The notes under the pieces: model-generated | Told to the model about the DNA's origin: nothing | The model's database searches: none | Seen by the model: the letters and a program-made list of their open reading frames with translations, nothing else | Part shown: piece after piece, positions 1-12,015 of the stretch | Position numbering within the stretch: position 1 is the first letter of the stretch | How the letters are laid out: each line of letters opens with the position of its first letter | Position numbers and translations under genes: made by a program | Source of the DNA: Botryllus schlosseri | Taxonomy: Eukaryota | Assembly (NCBI GenBank): GCA_051294905.1 | Contig: CM119377.1 | Span: 2,728,001-2,792,000 of the forward strand | Direction: 5' to 3' | DNA length: 64,000 nt

Positions 1-639
1 CATCATGCTACAATGCCGAAGTACTTGGCATTTTAAACGTCGCTAAATGTATCAACTGAGGCAATCGAAGGATATGATACTCCTATAAATCTATATCTTC
101 TGTCGCTTTGCCTACACTTTCGACGAGGACTTACCAGGGAATATCAGCTTACGCCTTGAGGGTCTAGGCCAGACCGGACAATGTATTCAGCGTCTGAGTA
201 TCGCTACATTGATATTGAGCCGCGTGTAAACGGATTTCTACACTGGCTGCCGATACTACCACATTAACATGTTATACAGCAGTAGCCAACACCTCAATCG
301 CAAGGATACAGTTAAGATATGAAGTCAAGATTAACCCCGTACGCCTGTTAGATTTTTTTTGCATCAAAAACGATATCAATCTCATTGATTGCTTGAATAA
401 GCATCATTCGCTGACTACGTATTTCGCTAGGGATGTTGTGTGATTGCGGGTCAAACTCACAGCAGAGAGTCACTAAATATTCACAAACGGAAAGCTGGAT
501 ATTTCGAGCAAATTTTTGTAACCAAGCAAGAAAGACTTTTGAGATTGTCAAGGTGCAAGCTCGTTTAGTGTTGATTTCTAATGCTGCCAGCGCCATGCAT
601 AGAGTTGAAATGCAATAAATATGAACCAAAGATTTTAAA

Positions 640-776
640 ATGAAGTGAAAATTCTAATATATGAAAAAGGTTCGCAGTGCAGAACCTACCAAGGTTCTGT
701 TGTGAACGCGAACCTCTAAATTTACGAGGTTCACACACAGAACGCGAACGTGAACCTCACGTTCACACCATCCCTA
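640..776. mobile_element. Terminal part of a DNA-transposon-like element (TAGGGATGGTGTGAAC terminus); element may extend to the window start
   Basis: GTTCACACCATCCCTA ending at 776 is the reverse complement of TAGGGATGGTGTGAAC at 28522; both carry the same GAACGCGAACGTGAACCTC subterminal repeats. Confidence 0.45.
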
Positions 777-1357
777 CCTACAAGTACCTTGATTTGCTCA
801 ATGCTTGACTGCATAGTCTTTATTCCTATGTGATCAATATCGCGACTTAGACTTGGGACAATTTGATAATTATAACGAAATAGAACAGAGATAGATCATG
901 TCTCACAATGTTTTATACATAAAAATCTATAATATGTTTTATACATAAGAATAGGACATGGTATATTTCTGTCCTAAAGAAATAGAATACACTAGGCCCG
1001 ATTTTGACATAAATCTCCTGACTGGACATCTTTCGTTGAACGCGGTATCTAAACCACCTTGGTGTGTACGACATATTTCCTTCGTAACACCGGCTGACAA
1101 CTATATAAAGTTCGATCTCTGCGTGACTGCTGGAGCGTGAAACTCTTGTGGAAATTTCAATAAATTGCAGCTCCATTACGGGGGCGATCTCAAGAAAATT
1201 GCTGCGGCCAAAATTTTTTTTTCGTTTTGCACTTTAATTTGAGACCACATCATTTTTAGAGTGCAGTGCCCCTTTAAGCTATGAAAAAGTTAATCACTCG
1301 TGCTGGCTCAAATATTTTGAGACTTGTCTAATGGATTGGGATGCATTTCTTCCGTAG

Positions 1358-4300
1358 ACTTTAGCAATGAAGACCGCGGATTCAAACGGATGTCAGGTGA
1401 TATTGGCTAACGATCCTGACGCGGACAGGCTTGCGATTGCAGAGAAGCAGAAGGACGGCAGTTGGAAAATATTTACGGGAAATGAACTCGGTGAGTCGTA
1501 CTTGCAGTATATTTGTGTGATATTCATTACTATACTTCCTGTCGGTGGGGGAATATCTTCGGATATTTTCAAGGTTGTAATGACTCGACTCGAGTCGCAA
1601 TTTTTCATTCACTCAAGTCATGTTTAAGCATTAGTCAGACTGCAGTTTTTGGTGAACGCTGTACAGTGAGAGAGAGATATGAGTATTCTTTTTCACCATC
1701 GAGTTGCTTTGACGATGGAGATGCGGCACGGCCTTTATAGCTTTTGTGTCGCTTCGTGGCCTAGTTGGTTGGTTAGGCGTTGACGTTCTGAATCCAACGA
1801 TATATTACTGGTTGGTTTCGCATCCCATTAAGGTCGTGTTCTTTGGTTTTGAAAAGTGGAGCAAAATTTTTTGGAAAAATCCGCCGGTGCCAATCGGTGA
1901 AATGTGCAACTAGAACTAGAATTACTCACTTCTCAAATCCGCAACTAGAATTAGAAATACTCAAAAAAAGTTGATAGTGAGCTATCTAGGTTGGTACTTT
2001 GTACAAGTCTGGTGCATGTATTGATTTCGCTTTGAACTTTGTCATATCAATACTGTGTTGTGATTTGGCCTTTTCTCAAATCAAACTGTCATCATACAAA
2101 GAAAATCTGCTGCATTGTTTAGGATCACTGTTTGGATGGTGGGCATGGCATTGTTACGTAAAGAAAAACAGTTCTAAAAGTAAAGTCGGTGACGTTTACA
2201 TGCTGTGCAGCACCGTGTCGTCCATGATTTTGAAGAGTATGGCGGAAGTAGAAGGCTTCAATTTTGAGGTAAGCGTTTCATTAGCAATTTCATGCCACCA
2301 CGTTGTCGGTTAGTGCAGAATTATCTCTCCCTTGCTGTAAAAGCAACGAATTCTTAATATTATTAACTGGGTTTTAAAATAATAACGGCTCTGAAGAGCT
2401 TCTTGGAGGTGCTGGACTTATATATACAATTGAAAAGTATATTCGTGTTGCAATAATCATGAATATTTTCGGCTGACACTCGTCAGGGGGAATCGGCAGC
2501 AACTTGTTAAGAATTGAAAAGAACATTTTATTATCTAGGACACTTTGACCGGGTTCAAATGGATGGGCAATCGATCGTACGATCTGATACAAAACGGAAA
2601 AACGGTTCTGTACGCATTCGAAGAGGCGATTGGTTTGTGAATTAGATTTGAATTAGTATTGAATTCGTCAGTGACAATAATTTTTTATCAAGGTTACATG
2701 TTTGGAACCAACGTACTTGACAAGGACGGGATCAGTGCGTTGGGTGCGATGTCTGAAGCGGCAGTGTATTTACGAACTCAAAATTTGACACTGACCGAAC
2801 AGTTGGAAAATATTTATGAAAAGTAAGCTCGCGATTACTATTCGTTTGTTTGTATCGACGCTGTCAGAGTAACGCTGTTGAATCACGATGTTGGTCATAA
2901 TGGTCGAAGCAGTCTGCGTTGCTACTCAAGTCTGTGTGTAGAACTGTTAAAAAAAAAAACTTTTCCTTCTGATTTCACTGGCTATGTTTTAAAATTGTTA
3001 GGTTGGTGAAAACAATGCTACACACCAACTTTGGCTCAATTCCAAACAGTAGAAGCGATATTCTTGCAGTATATAATTTTGAATTTATCATTGAAACACA
3101 AAAAAATAAATTTTCGAAATTTTTCTGTCAGCTCCATAAAGTTGTTAGGCTATTAGTCGAGATGATGCTCACCAAATCTGGCTCAATTCCAACCACCAGA
3201 AGTGAAGTTATTGCAGTAGAAAAGTTTGGATTTGAATAAAGTAGTATTTACGGTGGCTGACTCTTGATTATTTATTGTAAAATCGTGGAATTGGAAATTT
3301 TTCTACTGCAATAACTTCGCTTCTGGTGGTCGGAATTGAGCCGAATTTGGTATGCATCATCATTATTGATAGCCCAACAATTTTATGGGGTTGACAGAAA
3401 AAATTTCGAAAATTTATTTTGTTTTTTATTGATAAATTCAAAACTTTCCACCTCAAGAAAATCGCTTCTATTGGTTGGAATTAAGCCAAAGTTGATGTGC
3501 AGCGTTGTTTTCACCAACCTAACAATTTTATCACATAGCCAGTGAAATCTGAAGAAAAAGTGTTTTTTAACAGCCCTACAGTGTGGAATTTTCTGCACGA
3601 TCAAGAGCACAATGATTTGAGTACTCAAATCTGACTCGAGTACTAATTATAATGATTTGACTTGACTCGAGTAATGAGAGATCATTTTTCGAGTACTAAA
3701 ATTATATGCTCGTTGCCACGATGAGTAGTTCATTTATCAACGAGAATTATAGTTTCGATGCTATCTACCGTTAAAGTAGCAGTGTTGGGATGACTCGAGT
3801 CATGACTTGACTCGAGTCACCTTTTTCATATGACTTGACTTGACTTGACTCGACGCTTCAGAAATGCGGATTGACTCGTGACTCGGAGCAAAATTTTTCG
3901 AGTCAATTTCAAGTCATCAAGCAATCGCTGTCGGTAAAAATCGTTGTATCTCGCTTATGGTCGGATTGGTGTAAACCGTGCGTTTTATTGAGCCTCCATT
4001 GTTTTCTCACAAATAAATTGACCGCAAACGAAGTGATCGAAGCTTACAGCCTACGCTGTCGTAAACTAGTATAGTAATGTAATTGTACAGCAAAAATTCT
4101 ATTTCTGTTCTCTGTTCATACCTCGACCAAACCTCTTGTCTTGGGGAAATTGAATTCGAATATAGTTTATATAGTCATCAACCATTAGCGCAGGCTCGAA
4201 TTGTATCATATCAATTTGTAAATGGGTAATGTATTGCATCGTATCAATTCGTTTCTCTATTCTCTATATTAGCTGGTAACTATAAACTGATGCTATGTAT

Positions 4301-7126
4301 AATTACTTACGTAGATTAGCATTTCTACGTATATGTGAGCGATACAACGCTTTCTTGCGTATATTTCACTCTATTTTTGTTCATCGGTTCAGAATCTATG
4401 ACAGCTAGCAAAATGCCATGACGTAAGCATTGCCTCATACTTTCAAAATACAACTTGACTTGAATTGTGACTTGACTTGACTTGACTTGACTCGAGTCAC
4501 CTCCAAAAATCGAGTGACTTGACTTGACTCGAGTCACCTTCGAAAATCGATTGACTTGACTTGACTCGAGTCAAAATGTGCATTGACTCGAAATGACTCG
4601 TGACTCGAAGGTAGCGACTTGATCCCAATACTGTAAAGTAGTCTTAAACCTCGACTGGTCGTATGGCAGCATATGAAACTAGTACAGGGCTACAAACGTT
4701 ACTGGAAATGATATGTCTGTGAAGTCATGATCATCCCACAGCATTGTCATGAAACGCAATGAAATAAGTATAATCGGAAAAGATAACAAATTATCTTTAT
4801 TGCAATGCGCAACTGGCATTATATTCTTTCGCGTAAAAGGTACATGGTTGAATTTTAACATATTCATTCTGTTGCGATGTCGTAATGAGTGATATTCAAA
4901 CACTCGAATCAAAGCCTAATACTTGATTCAAAATCGAATCACCCAGGCAGTGTTGTAATGACTCCAGCCCGACTCGAGTCACGATTTTTTGATGACTCGA
5001 CTCGAGACCGACATTTCATTGTGATTTCGAATAGTAAAGTCACCACATTATTGGTATTTCGTTCATCAGTCCTGGCCAGAAACTGTTAGACCGAGGAAAA
5101 TTAAAATATGAATGCGAGCCATTTTGAATCACTCGAGCAGAGTTGAAGAATGTGGTTTGAACTGGATTTAAACTCAAAACTGAACAGTGAACGCAATGAC
5201 TCGGACTCGAGTCACAACACTATGACGAATTGAAAATGACTCGAGTCAAAACTATAAAAGTGAGATTGACTTGTGACTCAGAAGCTTGTAACTTGGTTAC
5301 AACCCTGCGCTCGGGTAATCGATGCCCAGCCCAGTCTTGATAATAAACAAATCTTCACAGGTATGGCTTCCACACGAGCAACAACGGATACTACATTTCA
5401 CACGATCGATCCAGAACCGCCGATATGTTCCGGAGGTTACGTAACTACACAGACGGCGATGAGCAAATTGTAGATGCCAAGCGCGGTCAAAAATATCCAA
5501 AAAAACTGGGCCGTTTCACGATCGCGCATATCAGAGACTTGACTACGGGATTTGATAGCAGGAGATCTGACGGAACTGCGGTAAGCACACTACAACACAT
5601 TAGACGGGTCAACACATATTTTTCGGCAGGCTAAGTGAGAGTGTTGTCATGGGTTCTGAAGGGCACTGATTCCAGATATGGCCTTTGGATTTTCTTCAAA
5701 TTTTCTCTAGTTTTGGAGATAACCACCAGACTATTTTGACCGAATTGTCTAATGCGCGAGATAAAAATAGCTCAGCTGTATTATAAATTTCTGTAATTAA
5801 ATTTCATCTGTATTTGTAATATTGCTAACAATCAAGACAAAGCAGTATGACCAATCACCAGGGCAAGTTTTCATTGCAGTCAAATCCGTGGCCTGAAAAA
5901 AATTGACCCGGTGAAAATATAATTTTCGGCGATCTAGCCTGAATGTACCTCAAGTCAGAAAGGACCTCAAATTTAAACGACAGTGGAATAATCAAGCGGT
6001 ATATTACATATAGCGCCAAATATTTCCAGTGAAAAGTTGGTTGCATGAAAAATCGAAAAAGTTCCATGAAATAAATGGCCAAAAGTTGCAATATAAGATT
6101 CCACCAAACGGCTTCTGAGTATTTACGAAGCTTGCGGAATCTGTAAAAATAAAGTTGCAAAATCTTGCCCTACTAATGACACTGCAAATAAGTCGTAATG
6201 ACAATTTTACTTATAACAGCAATTCAAAGTTGTACCAAAACTAGCAGTGTAAAAAGTAAGTAATTTTTGCCAAAAAAAGGTTATGAAATAGGAGTAGCGT
6301 AAAAACAATTGAATAAGTAGTGCAAGGAGGCAAAACCTAGTTGAGTATTCTAAATAAGTAGACGTACTTTGTTACTGACCAAGTACTGTCTTTTTTTGTC
6401 TCAGACTCTACCGACAAGCTCGTCCAGCGAGATGTTAACTTTTTACTTCGACAACGGCGTTGTCTTGACGCTCAGGACCAGCGGGACTGAACCGAAAATA
6501 AAATATTACTCGGAGAAGGCCGGAAGCATTGGCGATAACCAGTAAGCATAACAGTCTGGAAAGTGACAATTTCGCTGTACCTTGTTTGTTGATAAACACG
6601 ATGTTCTTTTGAATTCACTACTAGTTGCATACGATTACCCCTGACGAGTGTCAGCCAAACATATTCGGGTATATTTCAATATCAATTTATTATTCAATTG
6701 TATAATGAAGTAACACAACGCTTCTAACTGACAATTCTATCTACCGGTGATGTTTGTTGGAATTTAAGTGTTTCTCTGTCATAATTACTGGTTTTTGTAT
6801 TCGTTTCTTGTTTGTTATATTTTTCTGCTCAACAGAGGGAAGAAATTAATTATTACATCCAAATATGTATGGGTGACAGGGTTGCACAGCTGGGATATTT
6901 TCAGCTAATCTAAATTAGATTAGAATTATAGTTAGCCTATGCAGTATTTTTCAAAGTAGATTAGAATTACTGTATCGGAAACATGGAAATCAAATTTGAA
7001 CAACTCTCTCTCTCTCTCTCTAGAAATCGGGACCGTGATATTAAAGAATTACAAGAACTCATCGATGAAATGTGCGAGGACTTTTATCAGCCTGAAAAGA
7101 ATGGATTTTTGGCAAAGTCGACTTGA
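1358..7126 (+). CDS. PGM2: Phosphoglucomutase-2 / phosphopentomutase-like, 3' part (5' exons outside window)
   Basis: Exons 1358-1490, 2123-2268, 2539-2632, 2693-2822, 5361-5580, 6405-6541, 7024-7126, all AG/GT bounded and phase-compatible. They encode [11 protein letters not shown] (metal-binding loop), [46 protein letters not shown] and end ...[14 protein letters not shown], matching the eukaryotic PGM2/PGM2L1 family. Confidence 0.93.
2939..3578. mobile_element. Foldback-type MITE with long imperfect TIRs, in PGM2 intron
   Basis: Left arm (CTGTTAAAAAA...CACTGGCTATG...GTTGGTGAAAACAATGCT) is the inverted copy of the right arm (GCGTTGTTTTCACCAAC...CATAGCCAGTG...TTTTTTAACAG). Internal repeats TTTGGCTCAATTCC; related sequence at about 23960-24200. 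Confidence 0.65.
3780..4633. mobile_element. hAT-type MITE (GACTCGAGTC/GACTT-rich family)
   Basis: TIR CAGTGTTGGGAT...ATCCCAATACTG; perfect 8-bp TSD TAAAGTAG (3772-3779, 4634-4641). Confidence 0.85.
4948..5307 (+). mobile_element. hAT-type MITE family A
   Basis: Ends CAGTGTTGTAA...TTACAACCCTG; homologous, in opposite orientation, to the outer element at 44794-46035. Confidence 0.75.
5859..6172. mobile_element. MITE family E (TAGGGCAAG...CTTGCCCTA; GTTGCA-rich)
   Basis: Same ends and internal TTGCAA repeats as the copies at 24207-24756, 34317-34860 and 46675-47099. Confidence 0.75.
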
Positions 7127-7253
7127 AAAGACTTGTTGGATATCAAAGACTGATTTGTGTAATGAAATTGCCAAAAAAATTTAATGCCTCTGTTCCATGT
7201 GCTTATTGTTATTCGTAGTTTATATATATAATGCTTAAGGGTTCGCCACTGGA

Positions 7254-7649
7254 TAGGGTTACCATAAGTCTTTTTTTTCGACGAAATGTCCGCACTTTAC
7301 CTAAATGTCCACCTTTTGACAATTCGTCCTCCTCTTTAGCCTAAAATACCATGAAAGACGTCAAATTTTGGCTTAAAAGATAGACGATGGGTTACGCGGG
7401 AGTCAAATCTGAAAAATGACCTTTTTTAGTCAACACTGATAATAAAAGGTGAATTTCAGGAGTCAAATTGAAATAAATGACGTTTTTTCCTTAGTCGACA
7501 CCAGAGAAGTATCGATGCAAAGTGAGAGAGTCTAGTCAGAATGATGACCTTTTTTTAGTCATTTAGATTTCCAGTAAACATTTGAAAATCAGCTATTTTC
7601 AATTTTGATAAGTGTCATCCTTCCCCAATTCCAAAATATGATAACCCTA
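7254..7649. mobile_element. hAT-type MITE family C (TAGGGTTACCATA...TATGGTAACCCTA)
   Basis: TIRs at both ends; degenerate 8-bp TSD CCACTGGA/CCACTGAC; relatives at 46267 and 61235. Confidence 0.7.
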
Positions 7650-8089
7650 CCACTGACGCCACTGGGTTTACACCAGTAGGTTCCATTGAAATGGTGGCGT
7701 TTCCCATGTGATCAATTATTTATCGTAATTTTCTCTAAGCTATATCCTCTAGCAGCCTGTCGGAATAGGCCGCTAACAGTTGCCATTCCACCACTTGACG
7801 TTGTCGAAGGCTAAGACTCAGCTCGACAGTTGTATGGATCGTAAAATTTACCATGGAACCGCTGCTGATAATCACACGACTGGCGTAAACCCTTCCATGT
7901 GCTTTCGAGATTAACAGATGCGCTATTTATTCTGTTGACTTGTACAATAATTCCTTAGATTTAGTGTTCCTTATATGCGACCACAAGTTACTGTATGCAA
8001 CATTGTTCTGAATAAATCATTCGTCAGCAAAATGAATGGCAGAAAGAAAGCTTGGAGGTACAGAACTTCAATATGCAATTTTATATTAT

Positions 8090-9060
8090 ATTCATATTGA
8101 AATAGACCCAATAGACACTTGTCGGGAGGTAATCGTCAGTAGAGATTTGGAAAGAACATAGTATATCAACAATCGTATCACCAACTATGATGTCGCCGGA
8201 ATGAAATTTCAAATAATCAGGACGAAGAGATTGCTTAAGCTTAATTACTATTTTTAGACGGTACGTGAACTCTGTTGGCACATAATAGGCTAGCGTATTT
8301 TGATAAAAGTCAACTCCAAGGCGCACAAATGAAAGTGGCATGAAATCTGTTGAATAATTTTTCGGACAAACAGAAATATACAATTGAATAGTATATTCAT
8401 AATGAAATGAACCCGAATATTTTCTGCTGACACTCGTCAGGGGTAATCGTCAGCAACTAGTAGAGAATTGAAAAGAACAGCGTATATCAACAGTTGTAGC
8501 ACAAAATATGACGTCACCAGCATGAAATATCGAATACGAGAGCGTCTAATGTACTATTTTTAGATGATACACGAACTCGTTGTTGTAACAGACTTGGCTG
8601 GTGTATTTTGATGAAAGTCGACTCCAAGGCATACAAATGCAAGTGTGAACGACCCTTTCTGACTATGCGAAATCTGTCGTGTCGATAATTTTTCGCACAT
8701 GCGGGATTATCCAACAAGTGTCTGCCAATTGCAGAATTTATAGCCTTTGATTGTTCCGCATCAAAATTGAGCGGATGAGTTAAGGGTGAGCTTTTCACCA
8801 AGCGTGCTCTAATGAATCTAGGGACATGTTGAAAACAGAAATATCCAAAAATGTTTGCCAATGGTAGAATTCATGGCCTTTGCCTGCTGTGATTCGAGCT
8901 TCGGGAGACGAGTCAAGGGCGACCTTTTCTCCGAGGGTGATGCTCGTGTTCCGATAAATCTGAGGACATGCTATTTGATGTGGTACTGCAAATGTTTCGT
9001 CGTTCTTCCCACGATTCTGACGATTACCCTTAACGAGTGTCAAGCGAGGCTCAAAGAGCC
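8090..9060 (-). mobile_element. Tandem fragments of a Penelope-like retroelement (GIY-YIG endonuclease C-terminus plus terminal repeat)
   Basis: Minus-strand ORF 8514-8861 contains QHVPRFIR...SAIGRHLLDNPACAKNY...GRSHLHLYALESTFIK, typical of the PLE endonuclease C-terminus. A degenerate repeat of the same unit lies at 8090-8380 and another partial at 8860-9000; an inverted, degenerate copy of the terminal motif lies near 9018-9045. Confidence 0.8.
8410..8457 (-). ncRNA. Minimal type I hammerhead ribozyme motif (stem II closing pair disrupted)
   Basis: Minus strand reads TACCC-CTGACGA-GTGTCAGCA-GAAA-ATATT-C-GGGT: CUGANGA and GAAA cores, stem I ACCC/GGGT, palindromic AATATT stem III. Confidence 0.6.
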
Positions 9061-10052
9061 AAATCTTAACTTTCATTAGAGATGGGTAAAATTCACGGCA
9101 TCCGGAGACTTCTCAAGGCATACTGAACTACATTATATTCTGAAATTCAACACGTAAAACATGAAAATAGATATTTGACGACATAGAATGACAAATATAG
9201 TGCAAGCTACAGTAACAACTTCGAAACTACACTGGACAAGAAGTGTAGGAATGTCAAAGCAGGCAGTAGTCTGGCTACAGACCAGAGACGGCATGCCCGG
9301 GCAGGGTGGGTTGAAAAATAAAATGGAACTGAATTTCAAAATGCCCAAATATCAAATGAAATACTTCTATCATGATTTTGGGTTCCTACACTCTCTGTTG
9401 GTCATGCAATTTCACCGAACGAGGCAAAAATTGCTAATTTCACTATATCTTGAAAACCACCGCCTATATTAGAAAGCTAGTTTTGGGTTCAAAAGCTGCA
9501 GAAGTAACACATGTATGTGTATCAGTGTATGTGTTTCATTTGATATTTGGGACCCTTTATCAAGAACAATTTTGCAATTCACCCATGCGCCAGGGTGCCT
9601 GATTCATGCAAAGGTACTTAGTAACGAGATGTGGTCTCAAAGTAGTAATTGTTGGTGCTGAAGTAGTGATTTACATGTAAGTATTCTAGGTATCTGGTAA
9701 GAAGTAGTCTACAATTATAACCACTTCAGTAGGCAAATAAAACTTGAGTATGCCAACTATGAAAAAGTACCACTTCGTATACGCCATACTATTTCCGTTA
9801 GTAAGCTAACTGATCAGCATCCACTTTGGTACTATCATTTTTGAATATGGTAAAGCTACAGGAACTAAATATAATAAGCCTAGTGCACATAGGCCTATAT
9901 CTGTTTCCTAGCATAAAACTACATCAAAGTAAATAGGTCATAAGTTAGTAATCTAGTAGCAATGCATAGTATTTGATAGGCTATGCTTAGTTGCGCTTGT
10001 GGGCCAATTTTGCATCACATTCACAGATGACACGGTAGATATCATCCACACA

Positions 10053-11294
10053 TCAATTCAAACTGGGATAACGCCTTCTCCCATCTAAATACAGCATCGA
10101 CTGTCCATAAGTTCGCGGCAAAACAACAGGAACTTCACGGTCACATTCAAACGAAAAATTGAAGGTGTTACAAGTCGTATTTTTGCCAGTCATAGGATCA
10201 GTCACAACAGCATGGACTCTAATGTGGAACATATTCTCGTATGAGAAACAAACTTGTGATGACATCATTAACAAAGATCCGATTGAAACAGGGGAACGGA
10301 ATAAGATATCATCCACGGCTTTGATAACAGGAATAGTTTGACAGTAAACGCATGCATTCGCCCAGGCTTGTTCGAACCCTTTTCTCATTATAAATCCTCC
10401 AAAAATCTTATTGTGGATATTTCGTTTTTGAGGGAAGCATATTATCAAGCTTTTCAATTTAGTTTCCTCCATCCAAATTGAGTTATCCGGTAGTTTACGT
10501 TCAAACGATAAATCAGTGGCTAGCGTATTTGTGAACAGATCGTGCACCAATTTTCTTTCTTCTTCATTCGGAGGGTGTTTGAGGAGAGAATACTCGGCTT
10601 CTTGGAGACGTTGCGCTTTCCCTTTTTCGCCTTTCTCAAAAATAGCTTTCTCTTCATCATTCGAGATTTGCAGTGGGTGTATAACTGCGGATTTATTGCA
10701 AGGGTCTCTTGCTACCATGACGAAAGTTGCGTCAACCATAGGAAGCCCAGCTTGCGTCATACACATTTTGATCTCCATTGAGCTTTTCCCAACCCAACTA
10801 ACGTAACCTGTCATGTGTATATCATCATCTAATCCGAACTTATTGTTGTGCAATTGAATCTCATCCACCATGGCAGTGACAATAGACAATGGGCTGCCTC
10901 CGTCTGGTAATTTCGAAGGGTTGTTGTGTTCGTAACTTATGTGAACTGCGAACGTGTCAAGATTTTCTAACAGCTTTCCGAATTGTGCGTTATTACTCAA
11001 TCCACGGTATTCGTCTTTAATCTTGTTGTCAGATAAAGGAACGATCGCTTCGCAGTAACTGTCGTTCATAAATCTAGGGGTGAGAAGGTCCTGTTGTTTT
11101 GGTAAGGACTCTGCTAGTTTTGTACGAAATTCATCGTTTTGGCGCCATGCCGATGCTGCTCCGAGGGTAGTTTGCAGTTGCTTGCGTATTTCTTGAATTG
11201 ATTTAACATCGTGTTCTTGACCGCTTGTCCGAATGCCAGCGCTTTGCAAAATGCAAGGTCTAAAGATGTGACGTATTTTACGCAGTCCAATCAT
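10053..11294 (-). CDS. ACOT9: Mitochondrial acyl-CoA thioesterase 9-like (double hotdog fold), 413 aa in one uninterrupted ORF
   Basis: First ATG at 11294 gives a basic presequence-like N-terminus MIGLRKIRHIFRPC. Motifs FGKLLENLD, SIVTAMVD, GYVSWVGKSSME, FVMVARDP, PQKRNIHNKIFGGFIMRKGFE, VDDILFRSPV are characteristic of ACOT9. The ORF track starts 8 codons earlier at a TTG. Confidence 0.9.
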   Translation of the reverse strand: MIGLRKIRHIFRPCILQSAGIRTSGQEHDVKSIQEIRKQLQTTLGAASAWRQNDEFRTKLAESLPKQQDLLTPRFMNDSYCEAIVPLSDNKIKDEYRGLSNNAQFGKLLENLDTFAVHISYEHNNPSKLPDGGSPLSIVTAMVDEIQLHNNKFGLDDDIHMTGYVSWVGKSSMEIKMCMTQAGLPMVDATFVMVARDPCNKSAVIHPLQISNDEEKAIFEKGEKGKAQRLQEAEYSLLKHPPNEEERKLVHDLFTNTLATDLSFERKLPDNSIWMEETKLKSLIICFPQKRNIHNKIFGGFIMRKGFEQAWANACVYCQTIPVIKAVDDILFRSPVSIGSLLMMSSQVCFSYENMFHIRVHAVVTDPMTGKNTTCNTFNFSFECDREVPVVLPRTYGQSMLYLDGRRRYPSLN

Positions 11295-11499
11295 CAGGAT
11301 GGGTGACTTTAAGTCCAAATGAATCGATATACTTAAAGGAAAAAATAAGAGTCACGTTAAATGCTACAGGATGCCCTAGTAAAGAAACTATATCAGAATG
11401 GTACATTAATCCTAATCAAAAATACAGCTGTGCCAGACTTGGTCTATGTCTCAACCAGAGCTTGACCGGTTATTATCAGTTCGCCGATGATATTGAGTG

Positions 11500-11830
11500 A
11501 ATAGATCATATTTTGAAAGAGTTATCGGTACCGTATCAGACATTACACTTAACAAAATATCTGTAACTTTGATGACGTCACAACATACTAGCACGAATTC
11601 AGAGAGTATAATCCACGACTGCTGGACTGGGAATATCGATCAATTTCTTATATTGCAGGTGTCTAGATGCTTCATTTCTAGTATATTACATATCAAAGCA
11701 TGCAATCCAATAAGATGGCTGTAAAGCTGTTCAAATAAACGCTTTGAAGTTTTGGAAATGCGCCTAAGCTAGATTCCATATCTTTTAAATATTTCAGAGT
11801 TATCGGCTCCAAATATGATATTAGTCTGGC
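11500..11830. mobile_element. Degenerate copy of MITE family J
   Basis: Shares GATGACGTCACAACAT and GATGGCTGTAAAGCTGTT...AAATGCGCC blocks with 19743-20089 and about 40500-40790. Confidence 0.55.
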
Positions 11831-12015
11831 TCTACTCTTAAACCAACCGAACTATATGGTCCCCACTTGCAGTATCCCCTACTATATGCAGTCTATGAGA
11901 CCAACATTCTCCTCCATCCGTACTTATGCTACTTTCTCTTCAGGTTAGCCAAAACCAAAAGGCTTTGCTTTTGGCCAAAACACCGGGAGGTGACTGTTTG
12001 TTTATTTTTAGATGT

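Noticed and set aside
3780-5307. GACTCGAGTC/GACTT repeats as a CRISPR-like or satellite array
   Set aside because: Irregular spacing, no unique spacers, bounded by TIRs and an 8-bp TSD; these are MITE subterminal repeats in a eukaryotic intron.
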